Assembly: GCA_002811645.1 (NCBI GenBank) | Contig: PDIP01000260.1 | Span: 1-64,000, forward strand | From: Corallochytrium limacisporum Hawaii | Lineage: Eukaryota; Protista; Pluriformea | Length of the DNA stretch: 64,000 bases | Direction: 5' to 3' | In this document: piece after piece, positions 11,701-21,469 of the stretch | How the letters are laid out: every line of letters begins with the position of its first letter | Position numbering within the stretch: position 1 is the first letter of the stretch | The notes under the pieces: model-generated | Seen by the model: the letters and a program-made list of their open reading frames with translations, nothing else | The model's database searches: none | What the model was told of the DNA's origin: nothing | Made by a program: the position numbers and the translations under genes

Positions 11701-11964
11701 CGAGCCACACGAGTAGCATCCGCAGCCTCAACATCACTCTTCGCCGCAGCCAGTGCAGCAGCCATGGCAAATGCCGCGGACCATCAACACAATGTCACGC
11801 CGACCAAGTCTGTGGCACAACCGTCTGAATTTCACAAAGACTCACATTGGCTAGAGGACAATGGGCCGGAAACCGGCATGAGTATGGGTAACGTTTACCC
11901 AGAGCACTTTGAATATGACAATGATGAGGGCGAAGACGACGTCACTGGTCCTAAGGAATTTTAA
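8746..11964 (+). CDS. TUBGCP2: Gamma-tubulin complex component 2 (Spc97/GCP2)
   Basis: QEAILMSDLLYALTGVSGRWI, DYWERHFTVR, KILCTGKY, WPKSLVV..ALTKYKLLFRQLFHCKHVERQL are GRIP1/GRIP2 motifs typical of GCP2. First ATG at 8746. Confidence 0.92.
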   Translation: MPGETATAGGVQTPTSLRSKTPVASTGSKDPMVSRLMDLLSQATTTQQTHGMSAYIDLLNTTGPGGSVTGSAVKSTPAGTNMSATAARRRIAERSGNGEEFLRRHEQISKRVQTTEQQAALEGLTIVLSRCLESAPVVKMLARTVDQAGPQGLAASQYYESLRGRIDLRSPQRKAGAPPGPTVKGHQDSFTHEGVQKAAERNRSAAYSLRNSVELSERFGGPSIFKLVHQKGGSQSKENGNVQDGTPEMPKWYIEKSAIHVPDPSMYKPTGTSAAAERQLAISRNVKELSYAAQEAILMSDLLYALTGVSGRWITLSVDRSVKNRELVENYGMTFSIREPFDGALLRMAEMVLPLCANFCHVHAFMRQRMRFQDGRTLHALCNALRDIEREYLLLIAQLDSRFRSKVGLTLHHLWTEIQPSAETYATLTRLLHDVAVENLHGGKVISMVHRHVLRSPQGSKNRALMEFLFERTAAPFMETLQTWLALGRVADGSGDFMIAEDQSMTMSDFGGNFNSDYWERHFTVRHEMVPSFLQPYAEKILCTGKYIDVIQHCAARQQSSSRKVTSRDSMTHEAVAALLREGVELKLSIEEADYYRTVDHAYTRASRTLLMLLMGPQRLPDVFHSLKAYFLFSQGDVIGHFLDMADEELSKPVHDIVPNRLQSLLELALRTGSAPLPYYENVESGLVLNTLVQELSSILNVLHASHEADGEKGTGDGDELTLNDLTDTQHEEPRVSPYSLTGHEAFTLHMNVSWPKSLVVHQRALTKYKLLFRQLFHCKHVERQLCQIWLGKKAVKMLPASRTGAIGQASRMWQRMINFIKSLTHYMAYEVIDPAFHAFQQQLPQLQTVDELITAHNDFLDTCIKQCMLSNQKLMKIISKLTGICIIYCNYLKRFLSGVGVMGGPDGDFTLTQRAEIMESLQTLANDETFMRTMRRFDDNFTSQMHSLLDTLLQSSDAEADANMAALVSRLDYNNYYTATSASQRATRVASAASTSLFAAASAAAMANAADHQHNVTPTKSVAQPSEFHKDSHWLEDNGPETGMSMGNVYPEHFEYDNDEGEDDVTGPKEF

Positions 11965-12064
11965 ACGGAACCACAATACGCCACAGGCAAACATCGATAT
12001 AAAATCCCACAGAATTGTATGCAGTCGCGATCCAATTTACAAGGGCTCTATCTATCGTTTTCAT

Positions 12065-14644
12065 CTATTGAACTCTCTTGAAAGATTTGGGCACCTTTAC
12101 CGACTTGTCAACGTAGAACAGTACATAAGCTCTCGAGTCCTCCACATACCGTGGAGCTATTGGCTTGACCACACTATCGTCGAAATTGTGCCACTGTCCA
12201 GTTATGGGGTGCTTGGCCTTGGCAATGTAATGGCCCGATTCCAGGGTGCCCATATGGTAGCTCACAGCGTAGAGGTCGTAGCGACGGTTTCGTGTCGCTG
12301 GATCCTGCGCAAACTTAGATAGGGAGAGGTCGTTCATAGGGAAGCGGACATTCGTCTCAATCTTGCGTCGATAGTGACTGTCGAAGCCGAATCGCTTGAG
12401 ATGCACCAGTAGAATTGGAGGCAAGGACCAGATGGACAGATCCTTGACCGCATTCCGATGTTTCTTGCATTTAGGGCAGAACCACATGTCGTCGCCTCTC
12501 ACAATTTCCCGCGTTGTGAGCAGTTCCATGGCATCGAAGAGATGCATATCTCGTGGTGCCGACGCACCGTCCCGCCGCAGTGGGCAAGTGAGATACATGT
12601 ATGGATTGAAAGAGCGCGATCGGAAACCACATGTCTGGCAGGCCAGAACGCTCCTGTACTGTCCCTGAAACAAATTCACGATCAAGCTCTTATTGCGCTT
12701 GCGGTAGAATTCCCAGGACATGCGGGCAGCGTCGACATCGCTATACTTTTCATACTCCGGCTCTTCTTCGTACCTGCGATCATAGGTCTGGTTCATGTCC
12801 TCGTGAAGACCGTCAAGAAGGAAGCTGAGGAATTCTTGACTGTCGTGTTGTTGGTATCCGGCAAACTGTTTCGCAAAAAGACCGACCTTGTTCTTGAACG
12901 GCACTGGTGCGATAGACTTGACGTTCTGGCTCAGCCAGAGCGCTGAGACTAAATTCCCAAAGGCCTTCGCCAGCTTACCGCCCGTTCCTAACACGTTCTT
13001 CTGATTTATAAAAGCGTGATAAGTACCCGAAATGAAGAAGTCTGCGAGCAGACTAGTATGGCTCAGACACTGGACAATGGAGTTCATGTAGCACGTGTTT
13101 CCCAGGTTTTTCAATCCCACTGCGCCACGGGCTGGCGGTTGGCCCCTCACTGGTAGCATGGGTGGCATGATGCGGTCAAGGTTGACCCTCTTACGTCGTT
13201 GAAGATGCTGAGGTTTATAACCACCTCGACCGCCTTCCGAAGTTTCTTTGGTGCCTGGGGCGAACTTGATGCCACCCGAGCGGGGTTTTTCGCCTCGATC
13301 CACGACGGGTGCTTTTAGGATCCCTGTGGGCTTACCAGCGCGGTCTACAGCCGGCTGCACTGCAGCTGCACCTGCGGCCGCTGCTGCACCAGCTCCGACA
13401 CTGGCCGCCCCTCCTGCTGCTGTTTCCGATGACATAGCTTGTTCTCCCTCCCCTGCTTCCGTTGCGGACAGGGGTACCTCTTGATCTGCGACTGATAACC
13501 CCTCCAGTGATGGGTACGACACTTGCATTGCAAGAGCAGCGGCGGCAGCTTCCTTTGCCTCCTTATCACCGATGTCACCAACCATACTGGTGACCTCCTC
13601 AGTGTCGATCTCTTCTTCCTCTGCCTCCTCGTATGGGTTGATGAGATCGTCTTCATCCGCTTCTTCTTCTACTTGGGGTACCACACACAGGTCCTGGTAT
13701 CGCCGGGCAAAGGATTCCACATCCACTTCTAGAACCCTGACCGGCATGTTCTGATACAAAGTATCAAAAGCAGTCTTGACAGGACCTTCCATATTGTTCT
13801 GAAACTTATCCAGCTCTGCTTCGCTGGTACACAGGACACAGTACCGGAAGCCGGTGCGGACAGTGGCAAAGTCTGCCCCGGCGAATGCCTGTTTCCCCTC
13901 TGCATCTTGTGCCAAGTGGATCAACTGATCCGGTGTGATAGTAATGGGCACTTGCTGTTCAGGAACATTCACATTGCTCACAATCTGATTGTTGCTGGGT
14001 GTCTTCTGCTTGTCCGCAATGCGGACCACTTTGAAGTTTTCGGGATCGCGAACGTCAATGATGAGCATGTTGTCCCCTGTAAAGTAGAGTTGCGCCATGT
14101 GTCGAATGGGCATGTACTTATAGCTATCCTGTGTCTTGCGCAATTTTGTTTCACCGTAGCAGTCCGATGTACCATCCTCGGGCTCTTCTCGCTTCGTTCC
14201 TGTAGGTGACGCAGGCGAAGCTGAAGGTGGTGGCTGTGCGCTCGACATGCCACCAAGCCCTCCCCCAGATCCTCTCCGTTGTTGTGCATTGCCGTCAATG
14301 GATAGTCCGTTCTCTTTTAATTTATATGCTTGCTGTAGCATTGCTTGCAACTTTTCGACCTTCTCCAGCGCTTCAATAAAATCTTTTGTGAGCCCTGCCT
14401 TCTGATCTGCTGGTAGGCCCATCTTCTTTGCCTTGTCGAAGAGCTCGAGGGCTAGAAAGTATCGGAGGTACGCATTCTCAGCGTCACGCTGCTGAAATGA
14501 CATCTCTGCTTCTTCACATGATCGCTGGAATTTGAAGACTAGCTGTTTTGCCGATCCGCCTTTTGCAAGCTGCATCCGCAAACGTTGATCCCTGTGCTCC
14601 TTGAGGCTGTCCCAAGAAGCCAGCTTGGGACGTTGCCAAGACAT
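12065..14644 (-). CDS. USP8: Ubiquitin-specific protease USP8/Doa4-like (MIT + rhodanese + USP)
   Basis: MIT-like DAENAYLRY, rhodanese LIIDVR, Cys box GLKNLGNTCYMNS, QQHDSQEF, His box HMGTLESGHY. First ATG at 14644. Confidence 0.9.
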   Translation of the reverse strand: MSWQRPKLASWDSLKEHRDQRLRMQLAKGGSAKQLVFKFQRSCEEAEMSFQQRDAENAYLRYFLALELFDKAKKMGLPADQKAGLTKDFIEALEKVEKLQAMLQQAYKLKENGLSIDGNAQQRRGSGGGLGGMSSAQPPPSASPASPTGTKREEPEDGTSDCYGETKLRKTQDSYKYMPIRHMAQLYFTGDNMLIIDVRDPENFKVVRIADKQKTPSNNQIVSNVNVPEQQVPITITPDQLIHLAQDAEGKQAFAGADFATVRTGFRYCVLCTSEAELDKFQNNMEGPVKTAFDTLYQNMPVRVLEVDVESFARRYQDLCVVPQVEEEADEDDLINPYEEAEEEEIDTEEVTSMVGDIGDKEAKEAAAAALAMQVSYPSLEGLSVADQEVPLSATEAGEGEQAMSSETAAGGAASVGAGAAAAAGAAAVQPAVDRAGKPTGILKAPVVDRGEKPRSGGIKFAPGTKETSEGGRGGYKPQHLQRRKRVNLDRIMPPMLPVRGQPPARGAVGLKNLGNTCYMNSIVQCLSHTSLLADFFISGTYHAFINQKNVLGTGGKLAKAFGNLVSALWLSQNVKSIAPVPFKNKVGLFAKQFAGYQQHDSQEFLSFLLDGLHEDMNQTYDRRYEEEPEYEKYSDVDAARMSWEFYRKRNKSLIVNLFQGQYRSVLACQTCGFRSRSFNPYMYLTCPLRRDGASAPRDMHLFDAMELLTTREIVRGDDMWFCPKCKKHRNAVKDLSIWSLPPILLVHLKRFGFDSHYRRKIETNVRFPMNDLSLSKFAQDPATRNRRYDLYAVSYHMGTLESGHYIAKAKHPITGQWHNFDDSVVKPIAPRYVEDSRAYVLFYVDKSVKVPKSFKRVQ

Positions 14645-15499
14645 GGCTCGGCTTTCCTTCAACTGCCTGCCTTACACAAGTTATTTTCCTCACGACTCCA
14701 TGGTCTCTTTGCGACACAAGGTCGTAGACCAGCAAATTCTACATCAAGGGCGAGTTCACTTATCTAGATGTTCATAAGGCTATCATACCATACAACCAGC
14801 AGAATTTACTCCCTATATACCTTATTCAGTGGTAATAAAGTCAACAAAGAACTACAGACTTCGACGATCCTGCGCTGATGATGATAACGACACCTCAAAT
14901 GCACAAGTCCCCGTGAGCCAGTTGCGTGGAGAGCCAAGTGAAGGACCGCACACCCGGCCAGCCCCCGTCTTGCAGCGAGTCCAAACACAGTGGCACCCCA
15001 GGGTCCCTTCCCGCTAGGCGAGGTGGGACGTTTACTCAGCTGAGTCAGGTCAACACTCCCAGCATAAGAGCTGAGCGGGTCAGCGAACGACGTTCCTTAG
15101 CCGATTCATATGATTTCACATCAAATCCAAATACTATACATACTTATTGAGAATTTTTCGGGGTTTGATTTCGTTTCCTTTTTTATGCCTATAATACGTC
15201 ATCAAAAAACCTCAATCAATAAATGCAATCAAAAGCTGCAAACACAAACCCTTATCGTTGGGGATTTTGGGAACCCGTGGTGGACGTTGCCTGCGATGAC
15301 AGCGGCCCCATGTGATGTGACTTGGCTCAAGTGCCTGAAATGAAGGCGCCGGGTTCGGACATCGTGCTGTCATTTTCGTATTATTTCTTTTCGTTGCTCT
15401 TCAATACCTTGTGGTATGTAAGAACATAGGTGCCATAAGCACGTGGAATTCTATCTTGAACCAAATGAAGAAACTATCAGCACAAACAACCTCACAAAC

Positions 15500-16573
15500 A
15501 TGGCGGAGGTAGACCTAGCCAAATTGGCGGACAAGAAGAATCTTTACGACATCCTTGGAGTGGATCGCCATGCCACGGAACATGAGATCAAGAAAGCCTA
15601 CCGTAAGCTGGCTCTGAAGTATCACCCTGACAAACAACCCAGTGAGGAGGATGCGGAGAAGTTCAAAGAGATCTCCGTTGCCTACGCGGTTCTCAGTGAC
15701 CCCAACAAACGTCAGCGGTATGATCGGGACGGTACCCTGGGTGAGCTTCAGGGCAGCATGGAGGCAGAATCACTAGATGTTGAGAACATGGGCTTCGGCA
15801 ACCGCCTGCTGGCCAGTATGTTATCGAAGTTCGTGCCACTGCCAACCAAGGTCAGCCAGAGTGTAATCAGTGATGCCAAGATGAACATTAAGAAGAAGGC
15901 TGTCGAATATAGAATCGATTCGATGCCTCGTGATCTGCAGGTTCCTAAGAACTCAGCCATGTACTTCCTTGTCAAGGTCAACGAAATTGTGGCACGGGAC
16001 GGCTTCGCGGTCAATGTCTTTTCGCAGAACGGCAGCAGATTCAAACTGATCTATTTCGGACCTGACGGCGACATCCGCAGCCAGGAAGAATCCGGTAAAA
16101 CTCACGGAAAGAAAGGTCTGCAGGCCACCATGGTGTTTGCACCATTTGAGAACAAAGACTTTGATCAGAGCCCATTCGCCGAAGCTCTCAAGAAACTCGA
16201 ATCTGAAAAGAACGAAATGCCCTACATTTTTGCGGAACTTGACTCCCTGCTGCCGAGCCGGTACCACCGCTTCTTAGAGCCCGGGAGCCATTACTTTGGA
16301 ATCTACGGGGACAATTTCTTCCAGGCATCAAAGGTTCAGGTCACGGTCCGGGCACTTAAGCCTTCTGTTGTCGATCGTATCCAGGGACTTGAGAATGAGC
16401 TCATAGATCGTCAGGGAGAGCTTCGCATGCTCGAGAATGAATTCATTGAAGCCAAGCGTCGGTTGGAAGCAGCTGTGGAGAAGGTCATCAACCAGACCAA
16501 GGAAGTGGATGAAATGCTAGAAAACCGCAGAAAACTTTACAACGAATATGCTAGTGCGGATATCTTTAGGTAG
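15500..16573 (+). CDS. J-domain co-chaperone of the ARG1/DnaJ15-like family
   Basis: J domain with HPD (KYHPDK); C-terminal [13 protein letters not shown] and a coiled coil, as in plant ARG1-type DnaJ proteins. Confidence 0.85.
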   Translation: MAEVDLAKLADKKNLYDILGVDRHATEHEIKKAYRKLALKYHPDKQPSEEDAEKFKEISVAYAVLSDPNKRQRYDRDGTLGELQGSMEAESLDVENMGFGNRLLASMLSKFVPLPTKVSQSVISDAKMNIKKKAVEYRIDSMPRDLQVPKNSAMYFLVKVNEIVARDGFAVNVFSQNGSRFKLIYFGPDGDIRSQEESGKTHGKKGLQATMVFAPFENKDFDQSPFAEALKKLESEKNEMPYIFAELDSLLPSRYHRFLEPGSHYFGIYGDNFFQASKVQVTVRALKPSVVDRIQGLENELIDRQGELRMLENEFIEAKRRLEAAVEKVINQTKEVDEMLENRRKLYNEYASADIFR

Positions 16574-16706
16574 ACGTATCATCTTAGAGCGTATGGAAGA
16601 ATGTATTCAATCAACTTTCTTGTGAAATAGAATCCTCATCATGCCATGTGTATTAAAAAAATGGAATACAGTCATGCAACTTGTCTATCTTGGACATCAA
16701 ATGCCT

Positions 16707-17651
16707 TTACTTAGTTGGTGGCCGCAATCCAATGCTGTCCATAGACTTAGAGGCCTCCTCAAAACCTGTGCCAGACCTGAACCCACGTTTCTTCTCTGCA
16801 GGCTTAGGCACCTCGATGGGGCCATTGTCAAGGTACTCTTCGACCGCCTCGGCCATGTCCACGATAGAGTCCTTGCCAGAGGGAGGCAAAGATTCAGGGC
16901 TTAGACCAAAGTTCAGGCCCGCGCCATTGGTCTCGATCACCTCTCGGATCTGGTCATCGTCCATTAGTTCGACAGCACGGCGCATCCACTCGCGTTCACC
17001 GAGAACGTACTTAATATTGCTTAGCGTCCGATTCACCTCGGGTAGACGCGATTGTCCAGCCCACCGGTTCTGCGCACGGTCTTCACCACCCGTGTTTGAG
17101 TAGTCAACACCGAGAGACATAGTCATGTGACGATTTCGCTCTTTCAGACACTCCCACCACAGACAGTGAAGCTCTTGGTATGTCTTATTGCGCAGCTCAG
17201 GAACGGTCCATGCACGACCGTGCTGCCCTGCCTTCTCGGACTTGAAAAAAAAGAATTGCGCGAGACCATCATGCTGTCCAGCCGCTGCGCTCATGTCGAT
17301 CTTATCCCTTCCGCTGCTCTTGCGCACCCGACCGCGGGTTTCGTCTTTGAGAATGTTCAAGGCGGACTGGACCTCATGAGGAGCATCCTTGTTCATGGGC
17401 TTCGGGGGTCCGCGGCGGAAGTTTGGATTATTCGGATTTATCCGCAAATTCTTCGATTTGCGCCTGCCTACACTCCTGCCATTTGTAGTTGATCCTTCAT
17501 TTGCCGTTCCATCTGCTGTTAATGTTGGTGGTACTTGTGTAGTTGTGGGTCCCTCAGTGGCGTAGGCTGCGAAGGGCCGATACAGGAGTCCACTGCGGAC
17601 GCGCGGTGTCATGCTACTCCGCACCTGCAGGAGTGAGCGAAACAACGACAT
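16707..17651 (-). CDS. MRPL47: Mitochondrial ribosomal protein uL29m (L47)
   Basis: Arg-rich transit peptide; GRAWTVPELRNKTYQELHCLWWECLKERN signature; NIKYVLGER. Confidence 0.93.
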   Translation of the reverse strand: MSLFRSLLQVRSSMTPRVRSGLLYRPFAAYATEGPTTTQVPPTLTADGTANEGSTTNGRSVGRRKSKNLRINPNNPNFRRGPPKPMNKDAPHEVQSALNILKDETRGRVRKSSGRDKIDMSAAAGQHDGLAQFFFFKSEKAGQHGRAWTVPELRNKTYQELHCLWWECLKERNRHMTMSLGVDYSNTGGEDRAQNRWAGQSRLPEVNRTLSNIKYVLGEREWMRRAVELMDDDQIREVIETNGAGLNFGLSPESLPPSGKDSIVDMAEAVEEYLDNGPIEVPKPAEKKRGFRSGTGFEEASKSMDSIGLRPPTK

Positions 17652-17665
17652 GGTTCTACACTATG

Positions 17666-17700
17666 TCTATCTATCTATCTATCTATCTCTCTATCTATCT
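17666..17700. repeat. (TCTA)n / (GATA)n microsatellite just upstream of the MRPL47 ATG
   Basis: About 8 imperfect tetranucleotide units. Confidence 0.85.
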
Positions 17701-18108
17701 CTTGATCGACTAATCTCCCGAAAGATTTTAGTAACCCAGTTCTTTATCACATTAGTGTGGTTCTACGAGACACGTCCTCAACCGGGCTAGTTTCATTCCA
17801 TTGTACACTAGACACTTGCATACTACAAAACAGGAAACGATGTATCTCTACTTGTCACTGAAAATACCCAAACACACTATCAATGTGTACTTGAATCTTA
17901 AAATCCAAAACTTCGAGCACAAAAAGCCACCACAAGGATTTCTAGTGGATCTCATTGCTGTCGGAGGCCAGTCACCTCTGTGCTGCTAGGGTTCTCCAAG
18001 ACCACTGCGGAGGGGGAGGGGGAGGGGGAGGGGCAGCTTAGGCCACGAGGGCAGGTAGGTGGGACGGACAGGGCCGGTGGCCAGGCACAGGAGAGCCAGG
18101 GCCACCCG

Positions 18109-18201
18109 CCCCCCCCCCCCGGGGGGGGGGCGCGTTACTGTCCGTGGCGCGGGCCCCCCCCCCCCCCCCCCCCGGGGGGGGGGCGCGTTACTGTCCGTGG
18201 C
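18109..18201. repeat. Two tandem CnG10 dyads, each followed by cgcgttactgtccgtggc
   Basis: C12G10+18-mer then C20G10+identical 18-mer. The duplication may be an assembly artefact. Confidence 0.85.
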
Positions 18202-18287
18202 AATGGAATCTATCCATGGATGGCGTGTGCCGCCATTACTATTGATAACTTATCCACTGCACTATCCGCAGTTCTCTCGGGACCATT

Positions 18288-20939
18288 TCAGCCTTCCGCC
18301 AGCAGTGCATTTAATTGACGCTGGACTTCGTTGAAGTCGCGTACAGCCTTCAGTGTGCGCATGATCCGCTTCTTAACCCGCTTCAGGTCGTGTTGGAAGA
18401 AGTGAAGGCCAGCGGTTCCAAGAATAACTAGTTCCTTGACGCCGTCGCCACTCATGTCGATGTACGCTGTGGCCATGACGGGATCATTGAATTTCCGGAG
18501 CCAGATGATGCCGACTGTGAGGTCATCAGCGTAGCGTTTGCGGCCCGGCGACGGCATGCCTGTGATGCTAGATTCGTCCATAATCTTATAGATGAGAACA
18601 TGTTTGCCGAAAGTGCTTATGATGATCTCGTTCTCGCCGTCCCAATCAACATCTGCGATCTCTATATGTACTACAGAATCGTAGCTTTCCGACTTGGGCA
18701 GAATGTAGCCTCGACTGAGGCCGAAATTGCCGCAGTCCGGAAACAGGACACATAGACCCACAGCACACCCGACGGCAAGGTGCAGATCCTGAGGAATATT
18801 CCGCTCAGATTCATTGTCTTCGTGGTCAGCGCCCTCACGAGCACCGCCCTTGTGCACAGATAACCATTTGCCTTTCGGAGACAGTGTTTCTGATGATCCA
18901 TCGCTGTTGCCAGTGCGATTGGTGTAGCCGTAAAAGAGTTTCAATGATGTGATGGCCGCATCGAGCTTTATGTGTTGATGCTCATAGTTGGCTGGGGCAG
19001 CAGCAACAGCGTCCTCCTCTGCAGCGGGTACCGCTGCATTCTGCCCACTTCGATTCTTGTTACGATTCTTCTTTTTCCGCTTGGAGCGGCTCTTTCTCGT
19101 CATACCTGGTGTGCCAGACGGAGATGCCAGTAGCGAAGATGGGTGGGACGGGTTCCGAGATGTTGGTTCCTTCATAGTCCGGAACACGTGCACCGCTCCG
19201 TCTTGGCATCCCACTGCAGTGAGGCGAATATTTTGGGCCTGCATGACGTCAATGTACGTGATCGGACTGCGTACTTCTGCCAGCTCTGGCAACACCAGTG
19301 TTGGCTTGACAGGAGTGAAATAGGAATTGCGTCGCTTGCTCTTTCGCAACAGCTTGACCTCCCCATCCGCCGAGGCTACAAACAGGTAGGTTTCTCCGCT
19401 TCCAACGATGTGAATGTGGTTGATGTGCAAAGGGCTCGACTCACCAAGTGGGATGCATTGGCAGTCTGCCGTTATGTCGTCCAGGGATGTGCGGTGGAAG
19501 GGACTTGAAAGCTTGGCACCGTAGATGTTGACATAGTTGACCACTCCACCCACTTTAACCTGCTGTGCTTGCTTGCGCCAGGCAATAACAAGGATCAGAC
19601 TCAAATCTGACTCCCGGAATCCATCAACCAAAAGAATCTCGGCATCAGCAGGAATGTATGCAAATGGAGTGTCTCGTGCCTTCCACAGGCCATTACGGCG
19701 ATTTCCGCTGAGGTACATTTTGCCACTTGAAGCTCCAGTGAAGATCAAGTTGTTAGTCGGATCGAGGCCTTCCACCTTCACCAGACCATTACGTGCAGGT
19801 AAGGAATTGAATTGAATGAAATGGGCTTCATGGAGTGCAACCTCATCATCGTCATCGAAGTCCGACGCACCTGCGTCCAATTCATCCTCAGTGTCCGCAT
19901 TGCGCAGCAGCCGCGGCCTTGTCTGATTACCAGGGATCTGCACCTGTCGCTGTTGGCGTTTTGGCTTGTTGGTCACGCTCCATCTAGCTCTCACCAACCG
20001 AGCTGGCGGTGTGGCATACGGCATGTACTGTCCAATAGAGTCCATGGGCAGGTCTGTCAGTCCAGACAGCTGAACGGACGATCGATTGCTGGATCTACCA
20101 CTACCACCGTCTTGTTTCTGTACACTCGTGCCAGAGGATACAGGAGTCATGTCAATCATTTCAGTCAGCGATTTCTTCTCAATCGTCGGCTTTTGCCATC
20201 CTCTGCTATTCATTTTTAGTAGATTGTGCTGCGAGCCGCTGTTGGACCACACCCCTGACAACTTCCCATCGGAATTTGCATCCGATCTATCCGATCCACC
20301 TGGTCTGTCTTTGGCTGGTGTAGCACCATCTGTTCCCAAAATGGTAGTCTCCTCTACGGCCACTACCGGCACTTCCGTCGATGAATCCGATGTACGCAAT
20401 GGTTTGCTGTCGATTACCAGCCCGGGATCCAAAGGCCCTCCGTTCTGAGTTGCGGTCACTATGGCCGTACCGTACTTGCCCAGAAATGTCTGGAGAGTCA
20501 TAATCTCTGGAGGAGGATGAAGAATGTCTGCGTATCCTAGCGCCTGACCCGCGTGGGCGCTAATATTCACACTTAGATCGGTGTGCAAGATACCGCTTGC
20601 TGTAGCAACCGTGGCTGGAGATCCCGAGTTGCGCGGGCTCTGGCTTCCGCTGCGAACAGGAGTGCCCGAAGAGCCGGTGTGAACCTGCTCTGACAACCCG
20701 GGCTGGTGACGAGAATTCCTGCGGCGTGGTGGTAGTTTCAGTGGCGCCGGTTTATTCCGCTCCTGCGGCCGAACCGTAGATGTCGTCGCATCGCTAGGGA
20801 GGATAGTATTTGTTTGGGTGCTTTCCAAATCTGTTGATCGAGTACTTGCATAGCTGGGTTCATTTCCCAACTCCTTCTTCCCTTCCTTTTTGTCACGTTT
20901 AAAGGTACCAAAGGTGGACCGACCAAGGCGAATATTCAT
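18288..20939 (-). CDS. KPTN: Kaptin (KICSTOR complex subunit) with long disordered N-terminus
   Basis: YIPADAEILLVDGF, ESYDSV..ADVDWDGENEIIISTFG and DMSGDGVKELVI...GLHFFQH match KPTN motifs. Confidence 0.88.
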   Translation of the reverse strand: MNIRLGRSTFGTFKRDKKEGKKELGNEPSYASTRSTDLESTQTNTILPSDATTSTVRPQERNKPAPLKLPPRRRNSRHQPGLSEQVHTGSSGTPVRSGSQSPRNSGSPATVATASGILHTDLSVNISAHAGQALGYADILHPPPEIMTLQTFLGKYGTAIVTATQNGGPLDPGLVIDSKPLRTSDSSTEVPVVAVEETTILGTDGATPAKDRPGGSDRSDANSDGKLSGVWSNSGSQHNLLKMNSRGWQKPTIEKKSLTEMIDMTPVSSGTSVQKQDGGSGRSSNRSSVQLSGLTDLPMDSIGQYMPYATPPARLVRARWSVTNKPKRQQRQVQIPGNQTRPRLLRNADTEDELDAGASDFDDDDEVALHEAHFIQFNSLPARNGLVKVEGLDPTNNLIFTGASSGKMYLSGNRRNGLWKARDTPFAYIPADAEILLVDGFRESDLSLILVIAWRKQAQQVKVGGVVNYVNIYGAKLSSPFHRTSLDDITADCQCIPLGESSPLHINHIHIVGSGETYLFVASADGEVKLLRKSKRRNSYFTPVKPTLVLPELAEVRSPITYIDVMQAQNIRLTAVGCQDGAVHVFRTMKEPTSRNPSHPSSLLASPSGTPGMTRKSRSKRKKKNRNKNRSGQNAAVPAAEEDAVAAAPANYEHQHIKLDAAITSLKLFYGYTNRTGNSDGSSETLSPKGKWLSVHKGGAREGADHEDNESERNIPQDLHLAVGCAVGLCVLFPDCGNFGLSRGYILPKSESYDSVVHIEIADVDWDGENEIIISTFGKHVLIYKIMDESSITGMPSPGRKRYADDLTVGIIWLRKFNDPVMATAYIDMSGDGVKELVILGTAGLHFFQHDLKRVKKRIMRTLKAVRDFNEVQRQLNALLAEG

Positions 20940-21231
20940 CGTGGCTTAGTAGTACATGTTAAGTATGGCTGCCCTCAAGACGGAATGGTCCCCATGTCAA
21001 CACAGTCGGCGAACAGTTTATCTTCTGCAGTGAAGCCTTGCATGATCCATTAAAAATTTCCCGTTCCAAATGAATTGATCACATGAATTGAATGAGAAAC
21101 AAACGGTTTAAGTAGATCATACAGGCTCCAAAATAACGTACCAAGTACCTTTGCAGCATTCCTGCGACTGGCGGCTCTTCGTTCAGCCAACTATTGCGCA
21201 GGCGAAAGGAGAGGGGCCCTCCTTTGCGCGG

Positions 21232-21259
21232 CGCCCCTCCCCCCCGGGGGGAGGGGGCG
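21232..21259. repeat. Near-perfect GC palindrome cgcccct-C7-G6-agggggcg
   Basis: Read directly; head-to-tail spacer between the CBS-like gene and KPTN. Confidence 0.85.
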
Positions 21260-21469
21260 AGGGTTTCCTCGGTTCGGGTTGAGGTGAACTGTGGAGCCGG
21301 AGTTTGCAGGGGTGCGGAGGCAGGCCACTGCGAGCTGGAAAGATTCGCGCTGAGTGCACAAAGCAGAATGTGCTCCATTCATTGAATTTGCTTCCTTAAG
21401 TCTGCAGAGACGTTCATGAGTTTCTAGCAACTACTATAACTACAACTAGCTCTTTAATGGGGGATTTCC

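Noticed and set aside
18109-18201. Tandem duplication of dyad + 18-mer as a real repeat array
   Set aside because: Same pattern as at the 23 kb gap; probably a gap-filling artefact at a hard-to-sequence hairpin. The dyad itself is kept.
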